Assembly: GCA_964537195.1 (NCBI GenBank)
Contig: CAZHYZ010000001.1
Location: 5,522-69,521, forward strand
Direction of reading: 5' to 3'
DNA length: 64,000 nt
DNA from: an uncultured Methanosarcinales archaeon
GTDB lineage: Archaea; Nanobdellota; Nanobdellia; Woesearchaeales; GW2011-AR15
This document shows, in pieces, positions 38,949 through 48,415 of this stretch; the first letter of the stretch is position 1, and each line of letters begins with the position of its first letter. Below the pieces are notes generated by a model. It did no database searches and had not been told where the DNA came from. It worked only from the letters and a program-made list of their open reading frames with translations. Position numbers and translations under genes: made by a program.

Positions 38949-39800
38949 TTGAACAGTAAACAAGCAGCATTAATTGTTGTATTAGCACTTTTTCTAGTTT
39001 TTCCTGTATCAGCAGAAATTATTGTTAACACAGGAGAAAATGTTGAATTAGATTCAGGATATGGAAAAGAGATTAATGTCAAACATTCTTTTGAAGTAAA
39101 TAAATATTATTCACAGTATCAAGAAGGAGAATTACAGATAATAATGATAGAACCAATAGTTTCAGAAGCAAGCATTATGCAGTGTAGAAAAGCAAACTTC
39201 TCATTTAAATTGACAAATATAGCTCCAACAGAGCAGTTATATAGTTTTAGAGTTGAAAATTTTGATGGATTAGCATATATAACTCCAAATTTAAAACTTA
39301 ACCCAGGAAATATTGCACAGGTAAGATACATATTGCAACCAAATTGCAATTCTTCAGGAATATTAACACCCGAGATTGTTGTTGAGACATCTTCAAAAAA
39401 GGCAATTGTGCCAGTAGTATTAACAGTAAACAAGACAAAGCAAGAAGTAATTGATGAGACCAAGTGTGAGACACATTTTAACTCCACTGTTTGTGATTCA
39501 AATTACTATATAAGGTTCTATGAGGACACAAAGTATGAATTAGATTTATCAGAAATGTTCTATGACCCAGATGAAGACGAATTAGAATTTGGATATTCAA
39601 ATGGATTTAATATAAATATTAAATTAAGAGATAATAAAGCAACCTTACTTCCTCAGAAAAATTGGTATGGTACAGAAGAAATCATCTTTACTGCAGAGGA
39701 TGGAAGAGGAGGCTATGCTCAATCTAAAAATTTCTTTATACATGTTATTGATAGAGAAGAAATTTCTTTTTTTCAATGGTTGTCTAACTTATTTGGTTAA
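38949..39800 (+). CDS. Secreted protein (hypothetical; surface-protein cluster member)
   Basis: Signal peptide (LIVVLALFLVFPVSA), beta-rich sequence. Confidence 0.5.
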   Translation: MNSKQAALIVVLALFLVFPVSAEIIVNTGENVELDSGYGKEINVKHSFEVNKYYSQYQEGELQIIMIEPIVSEASIMQCRKANFSFKLTNIAPTEQLYSFRVENFDGLAYITPNLKLNPGNIAQVRYILQPNCNSSGILTPEIVVETSSKKAIVPVVLTVNKTKQEVIDETKCETHFNSTVCDSNYYIRFYEDTKYELDLSEMFYDPDEDELEFGYSNGFNINIKLRDNKATLLPQKNWYGTEEIIFTAEDGRGGYAQSKNFFIHVIDREEISFFQWLSNLFG

Positions 39801-40923
39801 CAGCATATAAAAACAACCCAGAACTCCAAGCAAAAGGTTGTTCTGCTTTGTATATAATTCTTTTAACAGGCAGTCCTTTCTTATCATACACTTCATAGAC
39901 ACCATTATGTTTTACTATAATGTCAGCAATTTTTTCTAACATTTCTTTAGCTTCTTTTTTCATTTCAACTCGATATTTTGCTAAAGCATTAATACTTCCT
40001 AGCCAAAGCCAGGATAATCCATTATGGTAGTCACCCAGACCCACTAATCTTATTTGTTCTGAGATTAATCTTTTTGGATACACAGGATGAACACATTGAG
40101 AGGGAACATCATGGATGTCAAAAAGGTGTGCTGCCTCTTCAACATGTTTTTTGTTTTCTTTGTCAGCAATATCCCACAAAACACCTAAGAAATTACCATC
40201 ACTTGAAAAATAACTGTATATCTTTTCTTTGTGAATCCAGTCTATATAGTGTTCTCCATTCCAGAAAATTTCATTTATCTTTTCTTTTACTTTTTCATAT
40301 AAGCTCAAATATTTCTTCTGTTTGTTTTTGTCTTTTAATAACCTAAATAATTCAGAGATGCAGAACAAAGAATAACAATGACAGACATTAGTATATAGAA
40401 CTTTACCTTGTTTTTTTACACTATCTGTCCAGTTGCAAAATTTTTCTTCTTCGATTAGGAGATCCTTATCTGTATGACCCAAATTCCAGGCAACAATATT
40501 CTCTATTTTATGTATGTTGTCTTTTAAGAGTTTCTTATCTTTTGTTTTCTTTAGATATTCATATAGAGTTATTATAAAGAGAGAGTTCTGGTCTTTTGGA
40601 AAAGCTTTAGATTTGTCTATATGATATATTGGTTTTCTTTTGCTATCTTTTGATTTAAATCCGAGATAAGACAAAACAACACCAAAAGAAGTCTTTCCAA
40701 CTCTTAAAGGTATCTGGCCTGCCTTGACATTTTCTAAGAAAAGTTCTAGATTCTTTTTTACAATATTTTTATCATTAATTGCTAAGCTTCCTAAACTCGC
40801 AAAGAAAGAATCTCTTGCCCAATAATCTTTAAAATGATTTGTTCCAGCAAAAATACCTTTTTTGCCATAACATGCTTTTAGATCTCTTTTGGCGATTTCT
40901 TTTGCTTTTTCTAAGTTGCTCAT
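39784..40923 (-). CDS. Glycoside hydrolase-like protein ((alpha/alpha)6-barrel, amylo-alpha-1,6-glucosidase/GDE-C-like)
   Basis: N-terminal YWARDSFFASLGSLAIND and HNGLSWLWLGS segments resemble the GDE_C / GH15-like (alpha/alpha)6 hydrolase families. Confidence 0.4.
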   Translation of the reverse strand: MSNLEKAKEIAKRDLKACYGKKGIFAGTNHFKDYWARDSFFASLGSLAINDKNIVKKNLELFLENVKAGQIPLRVGKTSFGVVLSYLGFKSKDSKRKPIYHIDKSKAFPKDQNSLFIITLYEYLKKTKDKKLLKDNIHKIENIVAWNLGHTDKDLLIEEEKFCNWTDSVKKQGKVLYTNVCHCYSLFCISELFRLLKDKNKQKKYLSLYEKVKEKINEIFWNGEHYIDWIHKEKIYSYFSSDGNFLGVLWDIADKENKKHVEEAAHLFDIHDVPSQCVHPVYPKRLISEQIRLVGLGDYHNGLSWLWLGSINALAKYRVEMKKEAKEMLEKIADIIVKHNGVYEVYDKKGLPVKRIIYKAEQPFAWSSGLFLYAVNQIS

Positions 40924-41028
40924 AGATCCAGCTAATACAATTGATTATATAATTTTTTTCACAAAATTTATAAATATATCAATCACTATACTAGTTTAGG
41001 GGAAGATTCGTTGGATTTTGATAAACTC

Positions 41029-41274
41029 ATGGATTACCAGAACATGATGCAGAAAAGACTGCGTCGAGAGCAACAGAGAGATAGAAAAATAGACTTGCTT
41101 TCTATAATTAATCAACTTACTGCAGGACCAAAAAATATAGTTCAGAAAGAACAATTACTTATAGAAGCTCAAAACAGAGGATTTTCTGAAAACGAGATAG
41201 AGAAATTACTTGTGCAGTTAAAAAAAGATAATATTATATTTGAGCCTTCTCCAGGGTATATAAAGAAGAGATAG
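41029..41274 (+). CDS. Small basic protein with a putative winged-helix fold
   Basis: About 80 aa; start moved from TTG to the in-frame ATG (MDYQNMMQ); its helix-turn-helix-like segment is LSIINQLTAGPKNIVQKEQLLIEAQNRGFSENEIEKLL. Confidence 0.3.
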   Translation: MDYQNMMQKRLRREQQRDRKIDLLSIINQLTAGPKNIVQKEQLLIEAQNRGFSENEIEKLLVQLKKDNIIFEPSPGYIKKR

Positions 41275-41325
41275 TTCTTAAAAAAACTTTTATAGTCTTT
41301 CCATATACACATTTCTGGTGATATT

Positions 41326-42036
41326 ATGGCTAAAGCACTATATATGGATGATTCCTATCTAAAAGAGTGGAATGCAACCGTTGAAGAAGTATCAAAAGAT
41401 AAATTTATTGTCCTAGATAAAACTGCTTTTTTTCCTCGGGGAGGCGGCGTGGAATGGGATACAGGCACCATTACAAATGAGGATGAAAAAAAATTCAAAG
41501 TTGTTTATGCTGGGAAATTTTCTGGAGAGATTAGTCATGAAATTGACAAACCAGGATTAAAAGAAGGGGACAAAGTTAGTTGTAAGTTAGATTGGGATAG
41601 AAGATATAAATTAATGAAATACCATACTGCAACACATGTTCTGAGCGGAGTTCTTTTTAAAGAATATGATTTACAAGTCACAGGGAATAATCTAACTACA
41701 GAAAAAGGCCGCATCGACTTGAATATGGATGAATTTAATGTTGGATTGTTAAATGAAGCCATAGAAAAATCCAATAAGATAATAGAGAAAAATCTTCCCG
41801 TAGAAATATATTATAAAACAAGAGAAGAAGCAGAGAAAGACCCAGATTTATTTAAACTTGCGATGGGTTTTCCACACAAAATTGACACAATAAGAATAGT
41901 TGACATAAAAGGATTTGACAGGCAAGCAGATGGAGGGTGTCATGTTAAATTTCTTGGAGAAATAGGAAAAATAACATATCAAGATGCTATAAATAAGGGT
42001 AAAGACAATAAGAGAGTTTATTTTATTGTAGAATAA
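41326..42036 (+). CDS. alaX: Alanyl-tRNA editing protein AlaX-M
   Basis: HTATHVLSG (HxxxH) and DGGCHV zinc-binding editing-domain motifs; 236 aa. Confidence 0.8.
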   Translation: MAKALYMDDSYLKEWNATVEEVSKDKFIVLDKTAFFPRGGGVEWDTGTITNEDEKKFKVVYAGKFSGEISHEIDKPGLKEGDKVSCKLDWDRRYKLMKYHTATHVLSGVLFKEYDLQVTGNNLTTEKGRIDLNMDEFNVGLLNEAIEKSNKIIEKNLPVEIYYKTREEAEKDPDLFKLAMGFPHKIDTIRIVDIKGFDRQADGGCHVKFLGEIGKITYQDAINKGKDNKRVYFIVE

Positions 42037-42067
42037 TTTTTTAAAGATTATTCTCTTATATTTTTTT

Positions 42068-42193
42068 ATGAAACAAATATTCTGCCCTAAGTGTAATTCA
42101 ACTAAGTTGAAAAGTCTAGGAAACTCTTATTATAAATGTCTTAGTTGTGGTTATACAGGTACTTTAACAGGTCAAGGAATAATAAAAAAATAA
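42068..42193 (+). CDS. Small Zn-ribbon protein (41 aa)
   Basis: Hand translation MKQIFCPKCNSTKLKSLGNSYYKCLSCGYTGTLTGQGIIKK with two CxxC pairs; not in the ORF track because it is under 60 aa. Confidence 0.35.
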   Translation: MKQIFCPKCNSTKLKSLGNSYYKCLSCGYTGTLTGQGIIKK

Positions 42194-42194
42194 A

Positions 42195-42605
42195 TTAATC
42201 CCTTGAAACGGAATATAAAGCTTTTAGTGCAACAACAGCTGCTCCTGGAGCCACAAATAAGGTAATGTTTGCCAAGAGAGGATTAATAAAGTTAAGCCAT
42301 TCTCCAATGACAGGCACCAAATTTACTAGTTGTGTTAGAGTTACTGAAAGAGCGTTTGCACTTACCATGAATGTCAAGCTGGCAAGCAAATAATTTGAAA
42401 CTTCCTTCTCAGTTATGTTTAATAATCCAACCACAATACCAAGTGCCCCTAACATCCAGAATATTCCACCAGTCAATGCAGACACTACAGCAATTATTAG
42501 TCCAAGAACAAAAGACCATGGACCAATCTTTCTCATTAAACCGTCTTCTTCTAAGGGTAATTCTTCTTCCTTTTTTTCTTTTTTAGCCATAAACTCCACC
42601 CCCAC
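42195..42605 (-). CDS. Integral membrane protein (hypothetical)
   Basis: 136 aa, acidic N-terminus then 3-4 TM helices. Confidence 0.4.
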   Translation of the reverse strand: MGVEFMAKKEKKEEELPLEEDGLMRKIGPWSFVLGLIIAVVSALTGGIFWMLGALGIVVGLLNITEKEVSNYLLASLTFMVSANALSVTLTQLVNLVPVIGEWLNFINPLLANITLFVAPGAAVVALKALYSVSRD

Positions 42606-42661
42606 AATATACTATTCTAAGAGAAGTTTATATAAAAATGTTTTCATTTAAGAGTAGAAAA

Positions 42662-42827
42662 TGGGGACACAGGGAATTTCACATATAAAGAAATAAACTT
42701 TATATGATTTGAACCCCGATCTAGCGGTCACTTCCTCGGAACGACTGACCGCGCTTAATTCATCGTCTTTCGACTCATCGCTCCATGACTGGAGCCGCTT
42801 ATACTAGCCAGGTTGTACTATGTCCCC
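42662..42827 (-). tRNA. tRNA-Trp(CCA) with two introns (about 60 nt after position 37; about 32 nt between T-loop and 3' T-stem)
   Basis: Hand-folded on the minus strand: acceptor GGGGACA/TGTCCCC (7 bp perfect) plus discriminator A; U8A9; D-stem GUAC/GUAU; anticodon stem AGCGG/CCGCU with loop CUCCAGA; T-stem CGGGG/CCCUG with consensus loop UUCAAAU; mature length 74 nt. Intron 2 forms the perfect hairpin CATATAAAG/CTTTATATG. Confidence 0.6.
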
Positions 42828-42861
42828 TTGAAAAGTAAGAAAAATATAATGTTTAAAAAGT

Positions 42862-44538
42862 TTATTTATCTTTATCGATTATATAGTCAGGGACGATGAT
42901 GAAATCAATATCTTCTCTCTGAAAATAATTTATTTTTTCTTTTAACTCCTTATCCAATATATCAATCTCAGATGAGTTGTAGGGATTAAATTTTTTCCAA
43001 GCTTGTTTTATGGGGTAAATAACAACTACGGGATTATTATGTTTTGTTTGTCTGACAAGTGAATTCACATACTTAACATAGTCTTCCATATGTATCCATA
43101 AATTTTTGTTTTGAAAGAAGAAGTTTGGAGGATAATCTTCCTTTTGGATGTCTCTCTCTGTGCTGTAGAAAAATGCATGTGGAACAATTATATCTATCCC
43201 ATTCTGATTCAGCCAGTTAGTTACTTCTTTAACCCCGTCATATGTAATGTTGTTTCCATATCCTCCAAAAGTTTCTGTTAATGTGTATGGTTTATTGTAG
43301 ATTCTTTTTGCAGAAGACGCGATATTTGGAGTAATTCTTTTTTCATCAAATTTGGCTATATCATCTGTACCCAAAACATCAAAATATTTCAGGTGAGCAA
43401 ACAAATCTCCTTCTGCAGACACAACACCATATAGATTTTCTTCATTTAGCAAATGTCCCGTTAATAAAGTGTTATGAGAAGAAGTCCAATTATGTAATGT
43501 CTGAAAATAACTCTTAGAGTATCTCTCTGTCAACACTTCAAAATAATCTGCTTTTATTTTTTCAGAAATCTCGTTTTCATCGACCCAGATATAATTAATA
43601 TAATCTCTCATATCATATTCTTTTTTTCCCTCAAATATCTCTTCAAATGAATCTGTCCAGGGAATTGCTCCCTCTTCATCATAATTATAAGAGCTATAGA
43701 ATCCAGGCTCATCTGTAAAAAATCCTACAACAGTATTGCCGAAATAATTACAGAATCTCGTATAATACTCTTCATGGGTGATTTCAATAAACTTGGAGCC
43801 AGTCCTTGGGTTTAATACATCGACATATTTGTCTTTGGAATATTCAGTTTCAAAATGTGAAAAATCTTGATAAAAAATATATTTAGTAATCTTGTCCTCT
43901 ATCAAAGAGAAATCACATGACAAATCAGAACAGTATCTGTTTTTAACATTTCTGGTAGAATTATCTTTTGGAACAATTACGGAGACAATTTTTCTTACTG
44001 GATATTCCTGGCTTTGTATTAGTGTGAAATTCTTCTCTTTTATTTTTATTCTTTTCAAGTTTTTTGCAATTAATTCTGGGTCTTGATCAAGTACTTTGTC
44101 TTTGGCTCTTCCACTTGGCCAATCAATATCATCATAAATCCAAACTTTCATATCTCTTTTTTTCAGTTCTTTAAGTGCATGACCTACAAAATAAAACCAT
44201 TCTTCTGATAAATACTCTTGTTCAAGACCTATTCTTGCGTGTATTATTACTTCTTTTATACCCACAGAAGCCATTAATTGTATTTGTCTGGTAATTTCAT
44301 TTTTTGTTAGATTTCCGTTCCAAAACCAGAAAGGTATTATTTTTGAGGGAGTATAGTTCATAGAAACCACCAGTTCCTGGCTTTTGTTTGATTGATAATC
44401 AGATAACTTAAGATCTTTGTATCTAAGAGTTGTATTTTCTTTTGTATTTATTTTAAAATGATATATGTTTATTATCAGAATGAGGATTATAAATAGATAA
44501 ACTCCTAAGAAGAACGTCTTGTATCTTTTTTGTATCAT
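42862..44538 (-). CDS. Membrane-anchored extracellular protein, putative glycoside-hydrolase-like TIM barrel
   Basis: N-terminal TM anchor, 558 aa; KEVIIHARIGLEQEY and VWIYDDIDWPSG segments suggest a GH-like (beta/alpha)8 fold; the assignment is tentative. Confidence 0.3.
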   Translation of the reverse strand: MIQKRYKTFFLGVYLFIILILIINIYHFKINTKENTTLRYKDLKLSDYQSNKSQELVVSMNYTPSKIIPFWFWNGNLTKNEITRQIQLMASVGIKEVIIHARIGLEQEYLSEEWFYFVGHALKELKKRDMKVWIYDDIDWPSGRAKDKVLDQDPELIAKNLKRIKIKEKNFTLIQSQEYPVRKIVSVIVPKDNSTRNVKNRYCSDLSCDFSLIEDKITKYIFYQDFSHFETEYSKDKYVDVLNPRTGSKFIEITHEEYYTRFCNYFGNTVVGFFTDEPGFYSSYNYDEEGAIPWTDSFEEIFEGKKEYDMRDYINYIWVDENEISEKIKADYFEVLTERYSKSYFQTLHNWTSSHNTLLTGHLLNEENLYGVVSAEGDLFAHLKYFDVLGTDDIAKFDEKRITPNIASSAKRIYNKPYTLTETFGGYGNNITYDGVKEVTNWLNQNGIDIIVPHAFFYSTERDIQKEDYPPNFFFQNKNLWIHMEDYVKYVNSLVRQTKHNNPVVVIYPIKQAWKKFNPYNSSEIDILDKELKEKINYFQREDIDFIIVPDYIIDKDK

Positions 44539-44549
44539 AATCTGAGAAA

Positions 44550-46388
44550 TTACTTTCCGAATTGTTTTTTTACAATATCAACTATTTTTTTACCTTCTGC
44601 TTTTCCCCTTAGTTTTCCCATGACTTTTCCAACAATTGCATTTAAGGGAAGATTTTTGTTTTTATCAATTATTTTTTTAATTTCTTTTTCCAACACCTTA
44701 TCAGACATTAGTTCGTATTCCGAATAATCAACTTTTTTTCCGTGAGACAACTCAATTAAAATTTCAAAGACAGCATCCTTACTGATTTTTTTCTTATTTA
44801 ATTTTTCAAATATATCCTCGATATATTCTTCGATATTTATTTCTCTTCCATATCTTTTCCTAATTTCTTTTGGTGACTCAATAATTGTTCTGGCAATAAA
44901 GTCAGAACTTATTTTTTTGTATTTCTTGATATATTCCTCAAAATTCAAGTTACTGTCTATTAATTCTTTAGCCAGAGACTTCGAGATATCATGTCTCTTT
45001 GAGAGTCTATTGATTTTATCAGTGATTAACTCAGGAATTTTTATTGAATTAAGGAGAGTCTTAGTTACGTCAATATTTGGAATGTCTGTTTCAGGATACA
45101 ATCTGTGTGCTCCTGGCAAGGGTCTTGCATATGATGAAGTAGCATCATGGTGGTTTGGGACTCTTGTTTCTTCAGGCACGCCTTTTAATGCATAAATTGA
45201 TCTATCATAAACAGAATTAATTGCCCTTTCTACAGTTTCCTTTCCTTCAGCAACTATTAGTATTAAATCGTTCTTTTCTGCTTTGAATTCTCTTTTTAGA
45301 CAATCAAATTCATTTTCAAGTTTATACTTCTTGAGGTCTTCATCAGTGTGTATCATTCCTTTTGTTCCATAAGCAACAGCATAATCTGCTAATTCCTTTC
45401 CAAAGGTTTTTCCCGGACAAATTTCTTTTTTTAAGAGCCCTGAGAAGTTAGGTAATAACAGACCATAAACTTTCCCGCCATTCTTAATTATCTTTGATAT
45501 AATTTTAGACTTTGTTTTTGTAAATATGTTTGTAACATCTTTGGTTTTTTTACTGAACTTCTTTAATTTTCTTTTTTTAAGTTCTTTTTTTATCTTTAAA
45601 AGACTAATTTGTCTAAGCACTTCGTTTTCAACAAGTTCGGGCAATTTATTTAGGTCTTGCCATCCCTTGACTTCTATTCTTGCTCCTCCTTTAATTGAAA
45701 CATTTACATCCTGTCTTATTGTGCCGAGTCCGCGTTTAACTTTGAAAGACCGTAGCAGTGTTCCAATTTTCTCAGCAACTTCTTTAACATGTTTAGGATT
45801 TTTTATTGAAGCATCAGTTCCAATCTCAAGAAGAGGGATACCTTGTCTTGATAATGAGTAAAATACTTTGTTCCCTTTTTTTCCCTCTATTTTACAGGCG
45901 TCTTCTTCTAGATTAAGTTGAATAATCTTTACTTTTCCCAGGTTTGTTTCAATAAAAGAATTTTTGTTTTCTATACCTACTAAAATAGTTCTCTGAAATC
46001 CAGCAACAGAACTCCCATCAGTTACTGTCTTTCTCATAATACAAATGCTGTCAGGAACCTCAAGCTTGAATAATTTTGCAACACCTAGAGCAATCTTAAA
46101 AGCTTCTTTGTCTAAGGGCCGGGGTGGTTCCTCATCCAAGTCAACAAGACAAGACTCATTTTCATAACCATGGTAAACAAATTCTCTATCTCTTATTTGT
46201 TCATATGCACTTGCAAGATCCACCTCCCCGGTCTCTCCAGCCACGGCCCTCAATTTTCTTTGTACAGTAGAGATGAGATTTTCTTCATTCATAGAAGAAG
46301 AACAATTACAGAATAGTTTGTTTGTATCAAGCTCCTGATGTATTTCAATACCTGCTTTGAATCCCAGGTTTTTATAATCCAAACCCAT
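44550..46388 (-). CDS. gatE: Glutamyl-tRNA(Gln) amidotransferase subunit E
   Basis: N-terminal MGLDYKNLGFKAGIEIHQELDTNKLFCNC matches the archaeal GatE signature; 612 aa with a C-terminal YqeY-like tail. Confidence 0.9.
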   Translation of the reverse strand: MGLDYKNLGFKAGIEIHQELDTNKLFCNCSSSMNEENLISTVQRKLRAVAGETGEVDLASAYEQIRDREFVYHGYENESCLVDLDEEPPRPLDKEAFKIALGVAKLFKLEVPDSICIMRKTVTDGSSVAGFQRTILVGIENKNSFIETNLGKVKIIQLNLEEDACKIEGKKGNKVFYSLSRQGIPLLEIGTDASIKNPKHVKEVAEKIGTLLRSFKVKRGLGTIRQDVNVSIKGGARIEVKGWQDLNKLPELVENEVLRQISLLKIKKELKKRKLKKFSKKTKDVTNIFTKTKSKIISKIIKNGGKVYGLLLPNFSGLLKKEICPGKTFGKELADYAVAYGTKGMIHTDEDLKKYKLENEFDCLKREFKAEKNDLILIVAEGKETVERAINSVYDRSIYALKGVPEETRVPNHHDATSSYARPLPGAHRLYPETDIPNIDVTKTLLNSIKIPELITDKINRLSKRHDISKSLAKELIDSNLNFEEYIKKYKKISSDFIARTIIESPKEIRKRYGREINIEEYIEDIFEKLNKKKISKDAVFEILIELSHGKKVDYSEYELMSDKVLEKEIKKIIDKNKNLPLNAIVGKVMGKLRGKAEGKKIVDIVKKQFGK

Positions 46389-46440
46389 GTTATTGTTGAT
46401 AAAGGTATAATTTAAAAAATTATTGAAAACAAGACACAGA

Positions 46441-47808
46441 TTATATTCTCTCTTTAAAATCGCAACTTCCTGAGAGTGGTTTATTGGGGTTGTTCATCTT
46501 ATCAATTAATTTACTTTTTAGTCTTTTTACAACCTCTTCTCTTTCAAAAAATAGGTTGTTTTTTTCTTCAGAATCATTTTCCAGATCAAACAATTCACTC
46601 TTATCATCTATTATAAAGCATTTTGATGATACACGTTCAATATCCGCAATATACTTCCAGTTGTCTTCTATTAATGCAATCTTCTCACCATATAATTCAC
46701 TAATAATTACTTTATTTTTATTTTCAATATGGTTTTCCCCCCCTAACATCATTTCTTTAAGAGAGGTTCCTTGAATATACTTGGGAGATTCTAACCCTAT
46801 CAAATCTAATGTTGTTGGTAATATGTCCAGAGAACTTACCCTTATTTTTACTCTCCTTTTTTGACCCTTTGGAACATAGATTATTAATGGAACCTTTATT
46901 ACTTCATCATATAATGTAATCCCGTGTCCTATGCGTTTGTGTTCATAGAATTCTTGTCCGTGGTCACCAGTTAGTATTATTATTGTGTTGTCTAAAATTC
47001 CTTTTTCTTGTAACTTATCAATAAACATCCCAAACTTCTTATCCATTTCATATAGTTCTGCATCATATAATGTTTTAAAATATTCCATGTTTTCTTTATT
47101 CATATCAAGAAACCCAAACTTTCCAGCTAAATAATTACTCTCTTTTGTTAGATTTTTATCGAACAATTCAATGGTTTCTGGTTGTGGAGAATATGGAGAA
47201 TGAAGTTTGTAAGAGTGGAGAAACATAAAAAACTTTTCTGAGTTGTTGTAATTATCTATTAGGTAAAAAGCATTTTTCCAGTAGTTTTCTTCTTTTTCAT
47301 AAGATTTTTCATAACTCTGAGAAGAGTTGCTGTATGAACTGTAAAATTCATCAAAACCCCTTTCAAAACCCCTTTCAAGATTTAAAAATTCGAGCCAGAG
47401 CGGCGCCACCCAAATATTTTTGTAGTCTTTTTCTTTTAACAACTCAGGTAGAGTATAGATTTCATTTGATAAAGTTGAATCTTGGCTGACATTGTACAAT
47501 TTGTGATAAGAAGGCACAACAGAAGTGAAGATAGACATCTGACTTGGCAAAGTCCAGGAGGATGTTGAATATACATCTTCAAATAAAGTGGATTTCTCAG
47601 CAAATTTGTCAATATTTGGTGTTGTGTTTCTAGGATATCCATAGGTGCCAAGGTGGTCGGATCTCAATGTAGTAATAGATATTAGGATTATATTACAATC
47701 TTTACAGTCTGTTTCGTTTTGTATTTCTGATAATGAATAGAGAATTCCTAAAGCAATTAGACTAGCAAAAATAAAAAAAACAACAAACTTTTTCTTTTTA
47801 TCTAGCAT
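46441..47808 (-). CDS. Sulfatase-like hydrolase/transferase (alkaline phosphatase superfamily)
   Basis: Signal-anchor; ILISITTLRSDHLGTYGY N-terminal metal-binding motif and the TGDHG motif typical of sulfatases/LTA-synthase-like enzymes. Confidence 0.7.
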   Translation of the reverse strand: MLDKKKKFVVFFIFASLIALGILYSLSEIQNETDCKDCNIILISITTLRSDHLGTYGYPRNTTPNIDKFAEKSTLFEDVYSTSSWTLPSQMSIFTSVVPSYHKLYNVSQDSTLSNEIYTLPELLKEKDYKNIWVAPLWLEFLNLERGFERGFDEFYSSYSNSSQSYEKSYEKEENYWKNAFYLIDNYNNSEKFFMFLHSYKLHSPYSPQPETIELFDKNLTKESNYLAGKFGFLDMNKENMEYFKTLYDAELYEMDKKFGMFIDKLQEKGILDNTIIILTGDHGQEFYEHKRIGHGITLYDEVIKVPLIIYVPKGQKRRVKIRVSSLDILPTTLDLIGLESPKYIQGTSLKEMMLGGENHIENKNKVIISELYGEKIALIEDNWKYIADIERVSSKCFIIDDKSELFDLENDSEEKNNLFFEREEVVKRLKSKLIDKMNNPNKPLSGSCDFKERI

Positions 47809-47812
47809 TTTT

Positions 47813-48415
47813 CTAGTAAATACAAACAGTTTCCAACATTATTGATTCATAATCTTTTATTTCTTCCTTAAGAGGAAGAAACATTTCAATAACATATATT
47901 GAATTGTCACATTGTTTATAGTATAAAATACTTCTGAATTCTATTAAATCCCAGGAACATGCACCATATGTGTATCTGTTTGTTGCATACAATAAAAAAT
48001 AATTGAATGGTAAATTCAATTTTTCTTTAGGAAGAAAGGATTTATCACAAGATATTGTTTGTGAGATTCTTCCAGGATAAGGTGAGGGCACTTCTTTGTA
48101 TAATGATAGTAAAATTTTTCTTTCTTCATTTATGAAATAAATTATTTCTGTCTGATTTAGATTATTTATTCTTTTAATCCTTATTGTGGTGTTTTTCCCT
48201 TTTCCTGTGAAAAGATCATAGTTTTGATGATTGATGAATTCAAAATCTATCTCTTTTATTATTTCATTCTCTATACCAAGGCTTCTTTGATTTGGAAATA
48301 ATTTAATTATTATAACAAAAAAAATAGAAAGAAAAAGAACCAAACAAAAAAATTTGTAGAGCGATATTTTATTTTTTCCCATATTATTTAAATATTTCTC
48401 TGAGGATTTTACCAT
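47813..48415 (-). CDS. Small signal-anchored protein, paralogue of 50442-50972 (partner protein A)
   Basis: Shares PSPYPGRIS, YGACSWDL and SILYY motifs with the 50442-50972 protein; lies immediately downstream of the PDE gene with an overlap. Confidence 0.4.
   Translation of the reverse strand: MVKSSEKYLNNMGKNKISLYKFFCLVLFLSIFFVIIIKLFPNQRSLGIENEIIKEIDFEFINHQNYDLFTGKGKNTTIRIKRINNLNQTEIIYFINEERKILLSLYKEVPSPYPGRISQTISCDKSFLPKEKLNLPFNYFLLYATNRYTYGACSWDLIEFRSILYYKQCDNSIYVIEMFLPLKEEIKDYESIMLETVCIY

Noticed and set aside
42711-42830. Initially read as a fragment of SRP/RNase P RNA, a stand-alone C/D sRNA, or a split-tRNA half
   Set aside because: Extending the fold to 42662 gives a perfect acceptor stem and a complete tRNA-Trp once two inserts are removed. 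That explains the whole GC-rich patch more economically.
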